Origin: Squalus acanthias
Taxonomy: Eukaryota
DNA: 64,000 nt
Direction of reading: 5' to 3'
NCBI GenBank assembly: GCA_030390025.1
Contig: CM059433.1
Location: forward strand, 6,138,001 to 6,202,000
Shown: piece after piece, positions 63,794 to 64,000 of the stretch
Position numbering within the stretch: position 1 is the first letter of the stretch
Layout of the letters: every line of letters begins with the position of its first letter
The notes under the pieces: model-generated
What the model was told of the DNA's origin: nothing
The model's database searches: none
Seen by the model: the letters and a program-made list of their open reading frames with translations, nothing else
Program-made: the position numbers and the translations under genes

Positions 63794-64000
63794 TCAATAT
63801 TTTAAAGAATAGAGAAATGCTCCAGTATGTGCTTCAAATGCTGCATCGCAAAGAATGTGGATAGAGCACTTCCATCAATACCCATAGTAATGTTGCTGGT
63901 ACCAAGCAAGCTTAGGCACCTCATATTTGAAGGGCAGATCACCCAATGCAAATTGACATAGCAGTTTTTGCAGAGACTTGGGAACAAATCAGCTTTAAGG

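Overview
Vertebrate genomic DNA; the repeat content (DeuSINE, CR1, L2, Penelope-like and Harbinger elements) points to a cartilaginous fish (inference). Two divergent protein-coding genes share a CpG-rich promoter at ~24.4-24.9 kb. ATP6V1C2 (V-ATPase subunit C2, minus strand) has four coding exons visible and runs off the left edge. NOL10 (plus strand) has exons 1-13 visible (1026 nt, 342 codons) and runs off the right edge. All exons have GT-AG boundaries and matching phases. The introns are mostly transposon debris: CR1/L2/RTE LINEs, tRNA-derived SINEs, three decayed PIF/Harbinger transposons, MITEs, a probable solo LTR, a 2.65-kb CA satellite and a G-rich minisatellite. Two observations stand out. 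(1) Five short Penelope-like insertions carry minimal type I hammerhead ribozyme motifs or their remnants; one has an intact core on the NOL10 pre-mRNA strand, and another breaks at the predicted cleavage site. (2) An ORF1-less APE-RT LINE starts with a tRNA-like Pol III A/B-box head, appears to lack TTTT terminators on its sense strand, and has a head+tail deletion derivative (SINE) in the same window. Repeat boundaries are approximate unless TSDs or TIRs are cited. Family names come from recognition, not from database searches.
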